Of a stretch of DNA of 64,000 nucleotides, positions 55,905 to 64,000 are shown piece by piece. Both the position numbers and the translations under genes were made by a program. A model generated the notes under the pieces. That model had not been told where the DNA came from and did no database searches. It saw only the letters and a list, made by a program, of their open reading frames with translations. The stretch is from sequence record PZ534534.1; one strand, written 5' to 3'. How positions within the stretch are numbered: position 1 is the stretch's first letter; each line of letters starts with the position of its first letter. The DNA comes from a phage.

Positions 55905-57386
55905 TTACTTAGCGTACTCGATTAATTCCACAGTTTTCCCAAAGCTCGGGATATAATTTTTATTATACCCTTCGGTGAGAACCCATAAAGTATCGTACTT
56001 TTTCCACTTGTTGTCAACAGCCTTTTGTTCAAAGTTATGCTCAAAGTAGAGGTCGGTAAGGACGATGACATCTTTTGCATTCGGTATGTTAGCATCCAGA
56101 TACTCGAACACGCAGGCGGCTGTTGTGCCCCATGTTGAGTGGACCTCATAGTTAATCATCTCATCGATGTTACCGCGAGTGTATACTTTAACCTCTCCAA
56201 CCTCCGTTGACCAACAGAACATAGTAACCTTAAACTCTTTATACAAATTGCACAACCCGGTGATCTCATTGAACATTTTCTTTAAAGTTCTTTGTGAGAT
56301 CGACCCAGAAACGTCTAAAGCCACTACAATATCTATAGTGTTTTCCGGATTACGACCAGGAACAATAACGTGTTGATTCTTGTTTATAGCTCCAACTTTT
56401 CGCATTGTGGTGGTCAAAGACCCAGATCGGCGACCAGGTTTTCTGTAGGTTAACTCAGCCTTTCTTTTAGATAACATACGTTGCTTAATAATATCTATAT
56501 AATTGATTACAGGCTTGCCTCTGTTTTTGACAAACTCGCGCACCGCCTCGGGGCAACGACCTCCTGAAGCTTGCATTGCTGCTTCCAACATGTCACCAGA
56601 GTCCTGCATGGCCTGATCTTTGTCAGATTGACTGATTACTGGTTGCGGCTGATCATACCCCATAGCCTTTCCAAGATCATCACTAGTGCCACCGTTCCCG
56701 CTCATGTGATCATCGGTTTGTCGTTTATCTCCTTGGGAGTTCTCACCTTTACCGTTCTTACTTTTACCGCCATTCTGATCTCTTTGTTTATCAAGAACTG
56801 CATAGACGTTCTCAGCAATCCATCCATGAAACCTCATGTCGCAGTAGCAATTAGCTAAGAAGCCAAAAGGCTTACCTTTTACGAACTCAGTGCTTTTCCC
56901 CTTCGGGAAGAAAACACAAGGAGGCTTGCTAAAGTCAACCACAAGACCTGTGTTGATAACGTGATCACAAGCAATATTGAACAGTTCCGGCTCAAAGCTT
57001 TTACCACGGACCAGATGATCACAGATAATATGCCCCACCTCATGTGACAGAAGAAAGGCCACCTCTTTCACAGATTTTGGGGAATAGAAAACCTCAGCCA
57101 TCTCAAACTGCTTGTCAGTCAGAGATGCTTTAAGAATGGTTTTACGCTCATCCGCCAACCCCATAATGAACTCAGGGCTGTAGTAGATGCGTTTATGGTC
57201 GGTTGCCATGGTGGAGCACCATGTGTGGTTTTCTACGAACTGCAACCCTGACAGTAGTGTGCCATAAAACGGCAGCTTTTCAAGGAGATACATACGTGCA
57301 GCCTGCAACATTCTCAGGGCATCATCTTTCTGCGAGGCAATGATTTCTGAACTTCTGCTATCCATTAAAACTCCAGAAGGGGCCAT
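55905..57386 (-). CDS. vWA-domain protein with N-terminal HExxH metallopeptidase-like domain
   Basis: HEVGH zinc-binding motif followed later by a vWA MIDAS motif (VVALDVSGS); family normally partnered with MoxR-type AAA+ ATPases. Confidence 0.7.
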   Translation of the reverse strand: MAPSGVLMDSRSSEIIASQKDDALRMLQAARMYLLEKLPFYGTLLSGLQFVENHTWCSTMATDHKRIYYSPEFIMGLADERKTILKASLTDKQFEMAEVFYSPKSVKEVAFLLSHEVGHIICDHLVRGKSFEPELFNIACDHVINTGLVVDFSKPPCVFFPKGKSTEFVKGKPFGFLANCYCDMRFHGWIAENVYAVLDKQRDQNGGKSKNGKGENSQGDKRQTDDHMSGNGGTSDDLGKAMGYDQPQPVISQSDKDQAMQDSGDMLEAAMQASGGRCPEAVREFVKNRGKPVINYIDIIKQRMLSKRKAELTYRKPGRRSGSLTTTMRKVGAINKNQHVIVPGRNPENTIDIVVALDVSGSISQRTLKKMFNEITGLCNLYKEFKVTMFCWSTEVGEVKVYTRGNIDEMINYEVHSTWGTTAACVFEYLDANIPNAKDVIVLTDLYFEHNFEQKAVDNKWKKYDTLWVLTEGYNKNYIPSFGKTVELIEYAK

Positions 57387-57398
57387 TGGCCCCTGTCA

Positions 57399-58439
57399 TT
57401 ATTTAACGTGTTTGAAAATACCTGCCAACTCGGTCATTGTCATGCGGGTGGTCTTCATAAGATCTGTCATAGCTTTCTCCATAATTGGAGATACTACCAT
57501 AAAGTTTCCTTTAGTGAAACCTTTATTCCAGTCGGTCACCAACAGGGGTTTAAGTCCAGCTCCAAGACGTTCACCAGTTAAAGCACAGCATTTGCGAATA
57601 TACGAACTCTTAAATTGGCTGAATGACAGATCAACTTTCATACCTACATCGTAGAACGTTTGACAATAGAAAGTGTAAGCTTTGGCAATCTCAACATCAT
57701 CAGGTAGTGCAGGAACCTCTTCTGTAAGCTCCTCTTCGACCTCCTGAGTCTCTTTTTCCTCTTCATGCACCTGTTGCGTCATTTCTTCAATCTCTTCTGT
57801 GATAGGCTCGTTTACAATGTCGGAAATGTGCTTCTTGGGTGCACGATAAGTAACTTTAGACATCGGTAGCATATCTTCCTCCTCTTCTTCGTCAAAGAGT
57901 GCTAGTTTATCCTCTTCCGTTCCATATTGCAAGATGAAATCTTCAAAAGTATAATCACCTTTCAATTTCTCCATACGCTCTTCGCTCAGGTGGAGCATCA
58001 TCTGCTGGACAATTTTTCGATCAGTTTCGTCTTTAATCAAGACTGCAGTCTTTTTATCTACCAGACAGTCCTTTAGAGAGTTGCATCTCAATCCCACCAC
58101 ACAACAGTTATCAGCCGCATAAGGACCTTCATCATCTATCCGCTCCAGAGATGGGTAGAAAGGATTCCCCAGCCCGTTTTCATCTGTGTGCATGTCAAAA
58201 GGTATAAGGGTATAGTCGCATACTCCATCTCCTAAAAGTTTTTTACCAAATAGGAGGTATTCTTCCCATGACAGGTCGAACTCTATATCTCGTTTCCGTG
58301 CGTTATTCTGTTTGCGTCTATATTTTTTGAGCAAGCGCTCTAACTCTTCTGGTGTATAATATTTTTCAAGATTCATGAGTCGTCTCTCGTGCTCTGTAAG
58401 TGAAGAAATCGTATCAATTGTCTCAACAGATGTCAACAT
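57399..58439 (-). CDS. hypothetical protein with N-terminal His-Me finger (HNH-like) nuclease-like motif and acidic linker
   Basis: Pattern CDYT...SLERIDDEGPY..NC.....CN..K resembles an HNH nuclease core; poly-Glu linker; ATG at 58439 (ORF-track TTG at 58442). Confidence 0.45.
   Translation of the reverse strand: MLTSVETIDTISSLTEHERRLMNLEKYYTPEELERLLKKYRRKQNNARKRDIEFDLSWEEYLLFGKKLLGDGVCDYTLIPFDMHTDENGLGNPFYPSLERIDDEGPYAADNCCVVGLRCNSLKDCLVDKKTAVLIKDETDRKIVQQMMLHLSEERMEKLKGDYTFEDFILQYGTEEDKLALFDEEEEEDMLPMSKVTYRAPKKHISDIVNEPITEEIEEMTQQVHEEEKETQEVEEELTEEVPALPDDVEIAKAYTFYCQTFYDVGMKVDLSFSQFKSSYIRKCCALTGERLGAGLKPLLVTDWNKGFTKGNFMVVSPIMEKAMTDLMKTTRMTMTELAGIFKHVK
57840..57868. repeat. 29-bp inverted repeat, left arm (inside minus-strand gene)
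   Basis: Exact reverse complement of 59702..59730. Confidence 0.9.
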
Positions 58440-58450
58440 CAAAAACGTGT

Positions 58451-58479
58451 TGACTTTACTCTAACTCCACAATATAGTG
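58451..58479 (+). promoter_or_regulatory. sigma70-like promoter (TTGACT-17-TATAGT) in divergent intergenic region
   Basis: Hexamers with 17-nt spacer about 40 nt upstream of the ATG at 58519. Confidence 0.55.
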
Positions 58480-58518
58480 CACCCATTCGAAAGAAAACTA
58501 ACATAGGAGCACTTACTT

Positions 58519-59418
58519 ATGGCAAATCTTAACAGTTTTAGTACGCGGTGGAAACAGGACATAACAACCAATCTTTCAGCTGGGGACATCCTTTCTGCAA
58601 TTTACGAGGCTTTAGATGATAAAGCTACTTCAAAAGCGGTTTGTACCAACCCATTAATTCCTATAGTGATGAAGGTTATTGAGCGTAGATTGGTATCTGG
58701 GTCTGATAAGTGGACATATTTAGATAATGAAGGACACACCTATTCCAATGGGTATGTCGATATAAAAGTAGAATACGCGGTATCATACCGCCGGAGCGGT
58801 TCTGTAACTTTCAACTTCTCTGGAGGTTTTCGATCTCTGGCTACCTCACCTTTTGTTTCCTCAGAGGAGAAGTATGAGCTGCCATTTCTTTGGATGATGG
58901 CTAACGCGACAGGAAAAACCCCCGTTAGCATCCGAGTAAAATACAACTACAACGGATCTAGTAAGATCTATGCCGAAAGTGTCTCAGCAAGTTTTTATTT
59001 TGTGATGGGGGATGGAATCCTCAAACATATAAAGATGTGCGATATGCATGATGTTATAAATGAAGTGACTGATAAGAATGTTCTAGTGAAAGACCTCAAC
59101 AATTTTTATACACCTGGAGACTATTACGTCAGCCGTCCGCTGTGCATCTTTAATGCCGCACACCCTCTAGGTGAGTATTTGATCGCCAATAGCGATATTG
59201 CCAATAACCGCTTCGAGGTAGCAAGAGTTCAGAATGAGGTATTGACATCTTGCAAGAGCGGTGATAAGTTTACCGAAGAAGAGATGGGTGTTTTAGAAAT
59301 GATGGGATATAAGTGTAGCCTTTGGGTAGATGAGGTGTTTAATGATTGCATCTATGGACAGGATATTTACCCATTAAAGAAGTATACTGATACAAGTTTA
59401 ATTTATGCGAGGGTTTGA
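58519..59418 (+). CDS. hypothetical protein
   Basis: 299-aa ORF, first gene of + strand block. Confidence 0.45.
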   Translation: MANLNSFSTRWKQDITTNLSAGDILSAIYEALDDKATSKAVCTNPLIPIVMKVIERRLVSGSDKWTYLDNEGHTYSNGYVDIKVEYAVSYRRSGSVTFNFSGGFRSLATSPFVSSEEKYELPFLWMMANATGKTPVSIRVKYNYNGSSKIYAESVSASFYFVMGDGILKHIKMCDMHDVINEVTDKNVLVKDLNNFYTPGDYYVSRPLCIFNAAHPLGEYLIANSDIANNRFEVARVQNEVLTSCKSGDKFTEEEMGVLEMMGYKCSLWVDEVFNDCIYGQDIYPLKKYTDTSLIYARV

Positions 59419-59693
59419 CTATGATGAAGGCATGTGGTAATGTATATTACGTCGGTGAACATGTTCAGGCAGACAGTGTGTGGAAATCTATTAAGTCCAC
59501 CACTGACGATGCCTTTCTGAGTGGACTATGTTTCCCCAATCCGGGAGACATCCTCCCTCATCCTGGAGATTTTGTTGTCAACAAGATGGACGGTTATACC
59601 GTGTGCCTGATGGTTGAAAAAATCTTTTTAGACACTAGACACAATCACCGTCTTGTGTTAAAATTTCAAGAATGTAAAATGACAATTGCCTAA
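59415..59693 (+). CDS. hypothetical protein
   Basis: 92-aa ORF overlapping upstream stop by 4 nt. Confidence 0.4.
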   Translation: MTMMKACGNVYYVGEHVQADSVWKSIKSTTDDAFLSGLCFPNPGDILPHPGDFVVNKMDGYTVCLMVEKIFLDTRHNHRLVLKFQECKMTIA

Positions 59694-59701
59694 GGAGACC
59701 T

Positions 59702-59730
59702 TACCGATGTCTAAAGTTACTTATCGTGCA
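59702..59730. repeat. 29-bp inverted repeat, right arm (spans start codon of 59707 gene)
   Basis: TACCGATGTCTAAAGTTACTTATCGTGCA; exact reverse complement of 57840..57868. Confidence 0.9.
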
Positions 59731-60063
59731 GCTATTTACTGCAATGAACACCCAATCAATAATGATGGTCACTGCCTTTTTAAAGAAAATCAATTGGGCT
59801 GTATTGTCCTCCCTGATGAAGGGGAAGGTTATCTGATTGCATTGACAGGGTTTGAACCTAAGGCTCTGGAAGCCAATCTGGACTACCTGGTAGAAGAGGG
59901 TGCTGCAGACCTGGTTGCCAATGGCCTCTCCATAAGCCTTGACGAAGTAGAGCGCTTCATGGGCAATTACCGTGTAGTGCGTGAGTTTACTATCGAGGTG
60001 GAAACTCCCGAGTGGGGTAGCCATGAAACTAATGCCGAAGAAAAAGAAGAGGAGGTAGAATAA
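59707..60063 (+). CDS. hypothetical protein (N-terminus MSKVTYRA)
   Basis: ATG at 59707 preceded by AAGGAG RBS (ORF-track start 59686). Confidence 0.45.
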   Translation: MSKVTYRAAIYCNEHPINNDGHCLFKENQLGCIVLPDEGEGYLIALTGFEPKALEANLDYLVEEGAADLVANGLSISLDEVERFMGNYRVVREFTIEVETPEWGSHETNAEEKEEEVE

Positions 60064-60320
60064 TGAAAGTGCAGATCTTGACTAATGCCGAGAAGATGTT
60101 TATTGAAGATACACCTTTTGAAGCTGGTGAGCTACAGTTCGTTTATTTTGTTGACTTAGATAAGGTGTTTCCTGCACTGAATCTAGGTTTGGATGAAGTT
60201 CCTCATAAGGTTTTGTGCCAAGTTGTTCGTGCCTTAGCGGCAGAGGGGGAGTTCCACACCCTTCAAGATGTCCAGACCTACGGGTATCTTGAACTACAAC
60301 GAGAAGAAGAGGTGGACTGA
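60063..60320 (+). CDS. hypothetical protein
   Basis: 85-aa ORF. Confidence 0.4.
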   Translation: MKVQILTNAEKMFIEDTPFEAGELQFVYFVDLDKVFPALNLGLDEVPHKVLCQVVRALAAEGEFHTLQDVQTYGYLELQREEEVD

Positions 60321-60322
60321 TA

Positions 60323-60703
60323 ATGGCTCAGTGGAAGACAACAGTTGACCTTCATGATCAGTGGTTAGGACGCATCACTGAAGACGGGAAGCTAGTGGAG
60401 TGGGACAATAAGCATGTTAGCGAGTTGGCAAGTATTGTGGCTGGCAAGTTACGCTCCAAGTTCCCTGAACAACTGGATCCTGATAGTTCAAAGTTCGATC
60501 CTGAGTTAGAGGATGTTGTATACTACTTCGACACCGTTGATGACTACGACGCGTGGTTTGCAGCACGGGAGCTTTACCCACAAGGCTCTGCTATGCGCCA
60601 GATGGAAGAAGATTATCCTCCGTGTGAGCAATTCAATAGTGCAATGACTTGCCTCTATGATTGGGCAGATAAGAACCTTGTCTGGATTCGGACTGCATTT
60701 TAG
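60323..60703 (+). CDS. hypothetical protein
   Basis: 126-aa ORF. Confidence 0.4.
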   Translation: MAQWKTTVDLHDQWLGRITEDGKLVEWDNKHVSELASIVAGKLRSKFPEQLDPDSSKFDPELEDVVYYFDTVDDYDAWFAARELYPQGSAMRQMEEDYPPCEQFNSAMTCLYDWADKNLVWIRTAF

Positions 60704-60747
60704 TGGGCAGGAATGGCGGCAAGGATGCTGCTTAAGGAGTAGTAGAG

Positions 60748-61017
60748 ATGTTATACCAGCAATATGAACTTCGTGCAGAAAAAGAGTTAAATTTTGACAA
60801 AGATATTCACAGATATTATTATGGGAAAGTTAGAGGGCAAGCAAGAAAGTGTACTCCAACACTCTTTTATGCCAGCAGACGACTAGCGCCAGAAGAGGCA
60901 ACAGCAGAAAGGGTTGCGTACAACTGGAGAGTCACGTATGATATTGACAGATTCGATGTGATATCTGTTTTGGAAAACTTTGAAAACACTTACACACAAG
61001 TAGAGGACTTTTACTAA
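60748..61017 (+). CDS. hypothetical protein
   Basis: 89-aa ORF. Confidence 0.4.
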   Translation: MLYQQYELRAEKELNFDKDIHRYYYGKVRGQARKCTPTLFYASRRLAPEEATAERVAYNWRVTYDIDRFDVISVLENFENTYTQVEDFY

Positions 61018-62201
61018 TGTCAAGAAACGTATTCGAAAGTGGTCAAATCACTGTCCGTGAGTTGCCAGCTATTATTCAGTTTGCCCAACGTCATAGCCGA
61101 TCTGTCCTAATTTTGGGACCAATGGGTGTGGGTAAAAGCCAGGTGATGAAGCAGATCGCTGATAATATGTTCGGTGAGCGAGATGACAACCTTGTTGACG
61201 TGCGACTGTCAGATAAAGATCCTGCCGACTTATCTGGGCTACCTATCCCTGTAGAAGCGGATGGAACTACACGTACAGTGTTTGCAATTCCAGAATTTTG
61301 GCCTGCGGATCCTGACTGGAGCGGAATTATCTTTCTGGATGAGCTCACTCATGCAGATAACTACCTGCAAAAGGTTGCAATGCAAATTATGCTTGACCAC
61401 AAGTGCGGCACCTATGCATTCCCTAAAGGTTCTGTTTTTGTGGCTGCGGGTAACCGTTCTACAGATGGTGCGGTTCTTTCGGCGCTCGAAGCCCCTCTGG
61501 CTAACCGTTTTATCATTGTAGAGGTTACAAGCAATGCAGAGGTGTTTATTGAGGACTACGCATTCCTCAACGGGGTTCACTCCTCTGTAATTGGGTATCT
61601 GAAAAGAGTTCCATCAGCTATTGATAATTATGAGGCTATGGCTGAGATTAATTGTCCATCTTTTGCCACACCACGATCTTGGGTTGCTGCATCTGACATC
61701 TTGCACGATTTTGACAGCGGTATTATTTCTGACGCTATGGCCCGTGTTCTTCTACAAGGTGCTATTGGTCACACTGCAGCGGTAGAGATCTGGACTTACC
61801 ACACCAAGAAACGTAATTTACCGGAAATCGGTCGGATTATGGCAGGTGGCTGCAAAGAATACGTAGGTCCTAAGCAGCCAGACATTTTGTGGATTCTTGG
61901 ATCTGAAGGTTGTATCGCTATTCGCAATATGATGGAAAATGCAAGTATCTCAGACGAAGATCTTGTCAGCTGCGTGGCAAACTTCCTCGATTTCCTTTGG
62001 GAAAACTTCAAGGACGAGAACCGAGATTTTGTATTCTCAGTCTTTATGGCGATGATGAAACCTAATGCCTTAGGAAATGCCTTGCTTATCGGTAAAGGGC
62101 GTGACAAGATTGTTGCTCAGCTGATCAAAGCATACCCAAACCTGATGAAGATTGTAAAAGAGTTTGGTGAAGAGTTTAGCGCCATTTTGGCTAAAGCTTA
62201 A
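61017..62201 (+). CDS. AAA+ ATPase, MoxR-like
   Basis: Walker A GPMGVGKS and Walker B IIFLDEL with overall MoxR-type layout. Confidence 0.8.
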   Translation: MSRNVFESGQITVRELPAIIQFAQRHSRSVLILGPMGVGKSQVMKQIADNMFGERDDNLVDVRLSDKDPADLSGLPIPVEADGTTRTVFAIPEFWPADPDWSGIIFLDELTHADNYLQKVAMQIMLDHKCGTYAFPKGSVFVAAGNRSTDGAVLSALEAPLANRFIIVEVTSNAEVFIEDYAFLNGVHSSVIGYLKRVPSAIDNYEAMAEINCPSFATPRSWVAASDILHDFDSGIISDAMARVLLQGAIGHTAAVEIWTYHTKKRNLPEIGRIMAGGCKEYVGPKQPDILWILGSEGCIAIRNMMENASISDEDLVSCVANFLDFLWENFKDENRDFVFSVFMAMMKPNALGNALLIGKGRDKIVAQLIKAYPNLMKIVKEFGEEFSAILAKA

Positions 62202-62211
62202 GGGGGGTTGT

Positions 62212-62592
62212 ATGGCTAAAGTAGGTAAGCGGGGAAACTACCTGGTGGTATTGACCGAGGAGCCGGAGAAGGAGTACGAATGCAGCTCCACTTGCGTGAT
62301 CGATATCCGAGAAAAAGATGTAGATGAAGTCTGGTTTAAAATATTGGACGCTTGCGATAGCAGTGATTATTTCTTCATTTATGTCAACGATAAGGCTGGA
62401 TTCTTCCATGACGACGGAGAGTTGCCGTATGAAATCTATGAACTTGTAGAGGCTTGCCATCGTGGAGATGCGGAGTTGTTTGGCCTACGGCTGAAAAGCG
62501 GTAAATTCTTCTATCAAGATGAGTGCATGAATCTTCATAACTTTGTAGAGGGAACTTGCAACGATGGAGAGATTTTGGCACACTACGATTAA
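62212..62592 (+). CDS. hypothetical protein
   Basis: ATG at 62212 with GGGGGG RBS (ORF track 62164). Confidence 0.4.
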   Translation: MAKVGKRGNYLVVLTEEPEKEYECSSTCVIDIREKDVDEVWFKILDACDSSDYFFIYVNDKAGFFHDDGELPYEIYELVEACHRGDAELFGLRLKSGKFFYQDECMNLHNFVEGTCNDGEILAHYD

Positions 62593-62604
62593 TTTCTAAG
62601 ACCT

Positions 62605-62628
62605 CCCCCGCTTCGGCGGGGATTTTCT
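62605..62628 (+). terminator. rho-independent terminator (CGCTTCGGCG family)
   Basis: Hairpin CCCCCGCttcgGCGGGG followed by ATTTTCTATTT. Confidence 0.65.
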
Positions 62629-62641
62629 ATTTGGAGTCATT

Positions 62642-63142
62642 GTGAAAATTAAGATCTTTGCTATTATTTTGAGCGCACTTTTATCGCTGCCTGTTGTTGC
62701 AGCACCAAAACAAAAAGTATATCATACTTGCAAGCCATCAGATACTAAGGAAAACATTCTGGCATGCAATATCTACAGGGAAGCTAGAGGAGATGGCACG
62801 ATGGGTATGCTGGCATCTGGGTTTGCCACACTAAACAGGAAATCCCACCCTAAATACCCAGACACTATAAGAAAGATTGTCTACCAACCTAACCAGTTTT
62901 CGTGGACAAACCACGGCAAAACTTTTAAGGTGACAGAAAAAGATTCATGGGATCACGCTAAAAGTCTTGCAAAGATGCTTCTAAAGGTCTATAATAACAA
63001 CCATGTTGCATACATGGCTATGGACATAACAGGTGGAGCAACACACTACCATACAACCAAAGTACGACCGAAATGGGCAAAAAAGATGCAGAGGACAGCT
63101 CAATTCGGGAGCCATATCTACTACAAGGAGCGCAATAAATGA
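62642..63142 (+). CDS. secreted cell-wall hydrolase, SleB-like (putative endolysin)
   Basis: N-terminal signal peptide (MKIKIFAIILSALLSLPVVAAP); block CNIYREARGDG...ATLNRKSHPKYPDTIRKIVYQPNQFSW matches the SleB-type cell-wall hydrolase signature. Confidence 0.65.
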   Translation: MKIKIFAIILSALLSLPVVAAPKQKVYHTCKPSDTKENILACNIYREARGDGTMGMLASGFATLNRKSHPKYPDTIRKIVYQPNQFSWTNHGKTFKVTEKDSWDHAKSLAKMLLKVYNNNHVAYMAMDITGGATHYHTTKVRPKWAKKMQRTAQFGSHIYYKERNK

Positions 63143-64000
63143 TTGTAAACAGTAATGAAACTAAAGCGGTACTAACCGGGAATATGGAGGTCACCAGGGG
63201 CTCAATTTCTCTGAACAAAGAGACTTTTGGGCTAATCATTAAAGGGATTTACGAAGATAAGGTGCTGGCAAGCTGCCGTGAACCAATCTTCAATGCCGTG
63301 GACTCCCATGTTGAGTCTGGACGGGGTGATGTACCGATCATTATTCACTCTCCTACAGACCTTGAACCATACTTCTTTGTGCAGGACGTTGGATTGGGCA
63401 TGTCAGAAGAGATGGTCCGCAACACTTTCATGAATCTCGGGGAGTCAACCAAGCGCAACAGCAACGCTCTGGTAGGTAATAAAGGTGTTGGTTCAAAGGC
63501 TCCGTTCAGTATGGTGGACACTTTCGATGTTATCAGTGTGCACAATGGTGTTGAAAGCACATATCTATTGTTCTTGGATCAGGGTATCCCAAACGTTACC
63601 AAGATCCGTGAGCGGAAGACTGAAGAGCACAACGGGGTAAAAGTTCAGTTCCATGTTAAGAAAGAGCATGTCCTGAAATATCGCACTGCTATTGCGTCAT
63701 GCCTACGCTATGCAAAGTTTCCGTTTACCGTTACCGACCCTATGACCAGTAAGATGCTGGAAGGTGATAAGGTTGAGGCGCAGTATCACTACGAGAAGGA
63801 TGGTTGGAAAATGACCATCCTGAAAGGTTATACCAGCTCTGATGAGAGCCGTGTGGTGATGGGACACCAACCTTACCGCTCTAAGTTTCTGGAAACATTG
63901 ACAGACTACCCTGCAATCTGTGTAGAGATCCCTATCGGGGATTGCAATATTAACCCTGGGCGCGAATGGACCATAGAGGGGCACGACGATGGTGGATTCC
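63139..64000 (+). CDS. rIIA-like protein with GHKL-type ATPase motifs, 3'-partial (runs off window)
   Basis: Hand-translated ORF absent from ORF track (no stop in window); motifs EPIFNAVDS (N-box), DVGLGM (G1), GNKGVGSKAPF (G2). Confidence 0.5.
   Translation, partial: MIVNSNETKAVLTGNMEVTRGSISLNKETFGLIIKGIYEDKVLASCREPIFNAVDSHVESGRGDVPIIIHSPTDLEPYFFVQDVGLGMSEEMVRNTFMNLGESTKRNSNALVGNKGVGSKAPFSMVDTFDVISVHNGVESTYLLFLDQGIPNVTKIRERKTEEHNGVKVQFHVKKEHVLKYRTAIASCLRYAKFPFTVTDPMTSKMLEGDKVEAQYHYEKDGWKMTILKGYTSSDESRVVMGHQPYRSKFLETLTDYPAICVEIPIGDCNINPGREWTIEGHDDGGF

Noticed and set aside
1-64000. CRISPR arrays, rRNA genes, integrase/att sites, transposase-bounded insertion sequences
   Set aside because: No regularly spaced direct repeats, no rRNA-like segments, no tyrosine/serine recombinase or transposase signatures were recognised; the only mobile elements seen are the intron-borne homing endonuclease genes.

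Overview
The window is a contiguous stretch of a large tailed dsDNA phage genome (a free phage or a prophage interior; no integrase, att site, rRNA or CRISPR array was seen). Reading left to right on the + strand: a few small early-type ORFs, a promoter-driven cluster of 7 tRNA genes, a two-component spanin pair, and a terminase large-subunit gene split into three exons by two T4 td-like group I introns, each carrying a different HNH-family homing endonuclease ORF. This is followed by a head module (portal, scaffold, decoration-like protein, major capsid) and a neck/tail module (sheath-like and tube-like proteins, a chaperone pair with a predicted -1 frameshift, and the tape measure protein). 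Then comes an unusually large and mosaic tail-tip/receptor-binding region of about 31 kb containing a baseplate spike, a lambda J-type central fibre module, Mu/P2-type baseplate J/I-like proteins, a 1266-aa fibre with a C-terminal intramolecular-chaperone (peptidase S74) domain, several putative depolymerase-type spikes, two paralogous fibre cassettes with a Tfa-type chaperone, and an 1875-aa giant protein. A bidirectional terminator at about 51.7 kb separates this from a convergently transcribed minus-strand block of small genes, a HAD-like phosphatase and a vWA/metallopeptidase protein. A divergent promoter region at about 58.45 kb starts a + strand block with a MoxR-like AAA+ ATPase, a secreted SleB-like cell-wall hydrolase and an rIIA-like GHKL ATPase ORF that runs off the window end. 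All functional calls rest on motif and architecture recognition by eye, not on database searches; coordinates of starts and splice junctions may be off by a few nucleotides.
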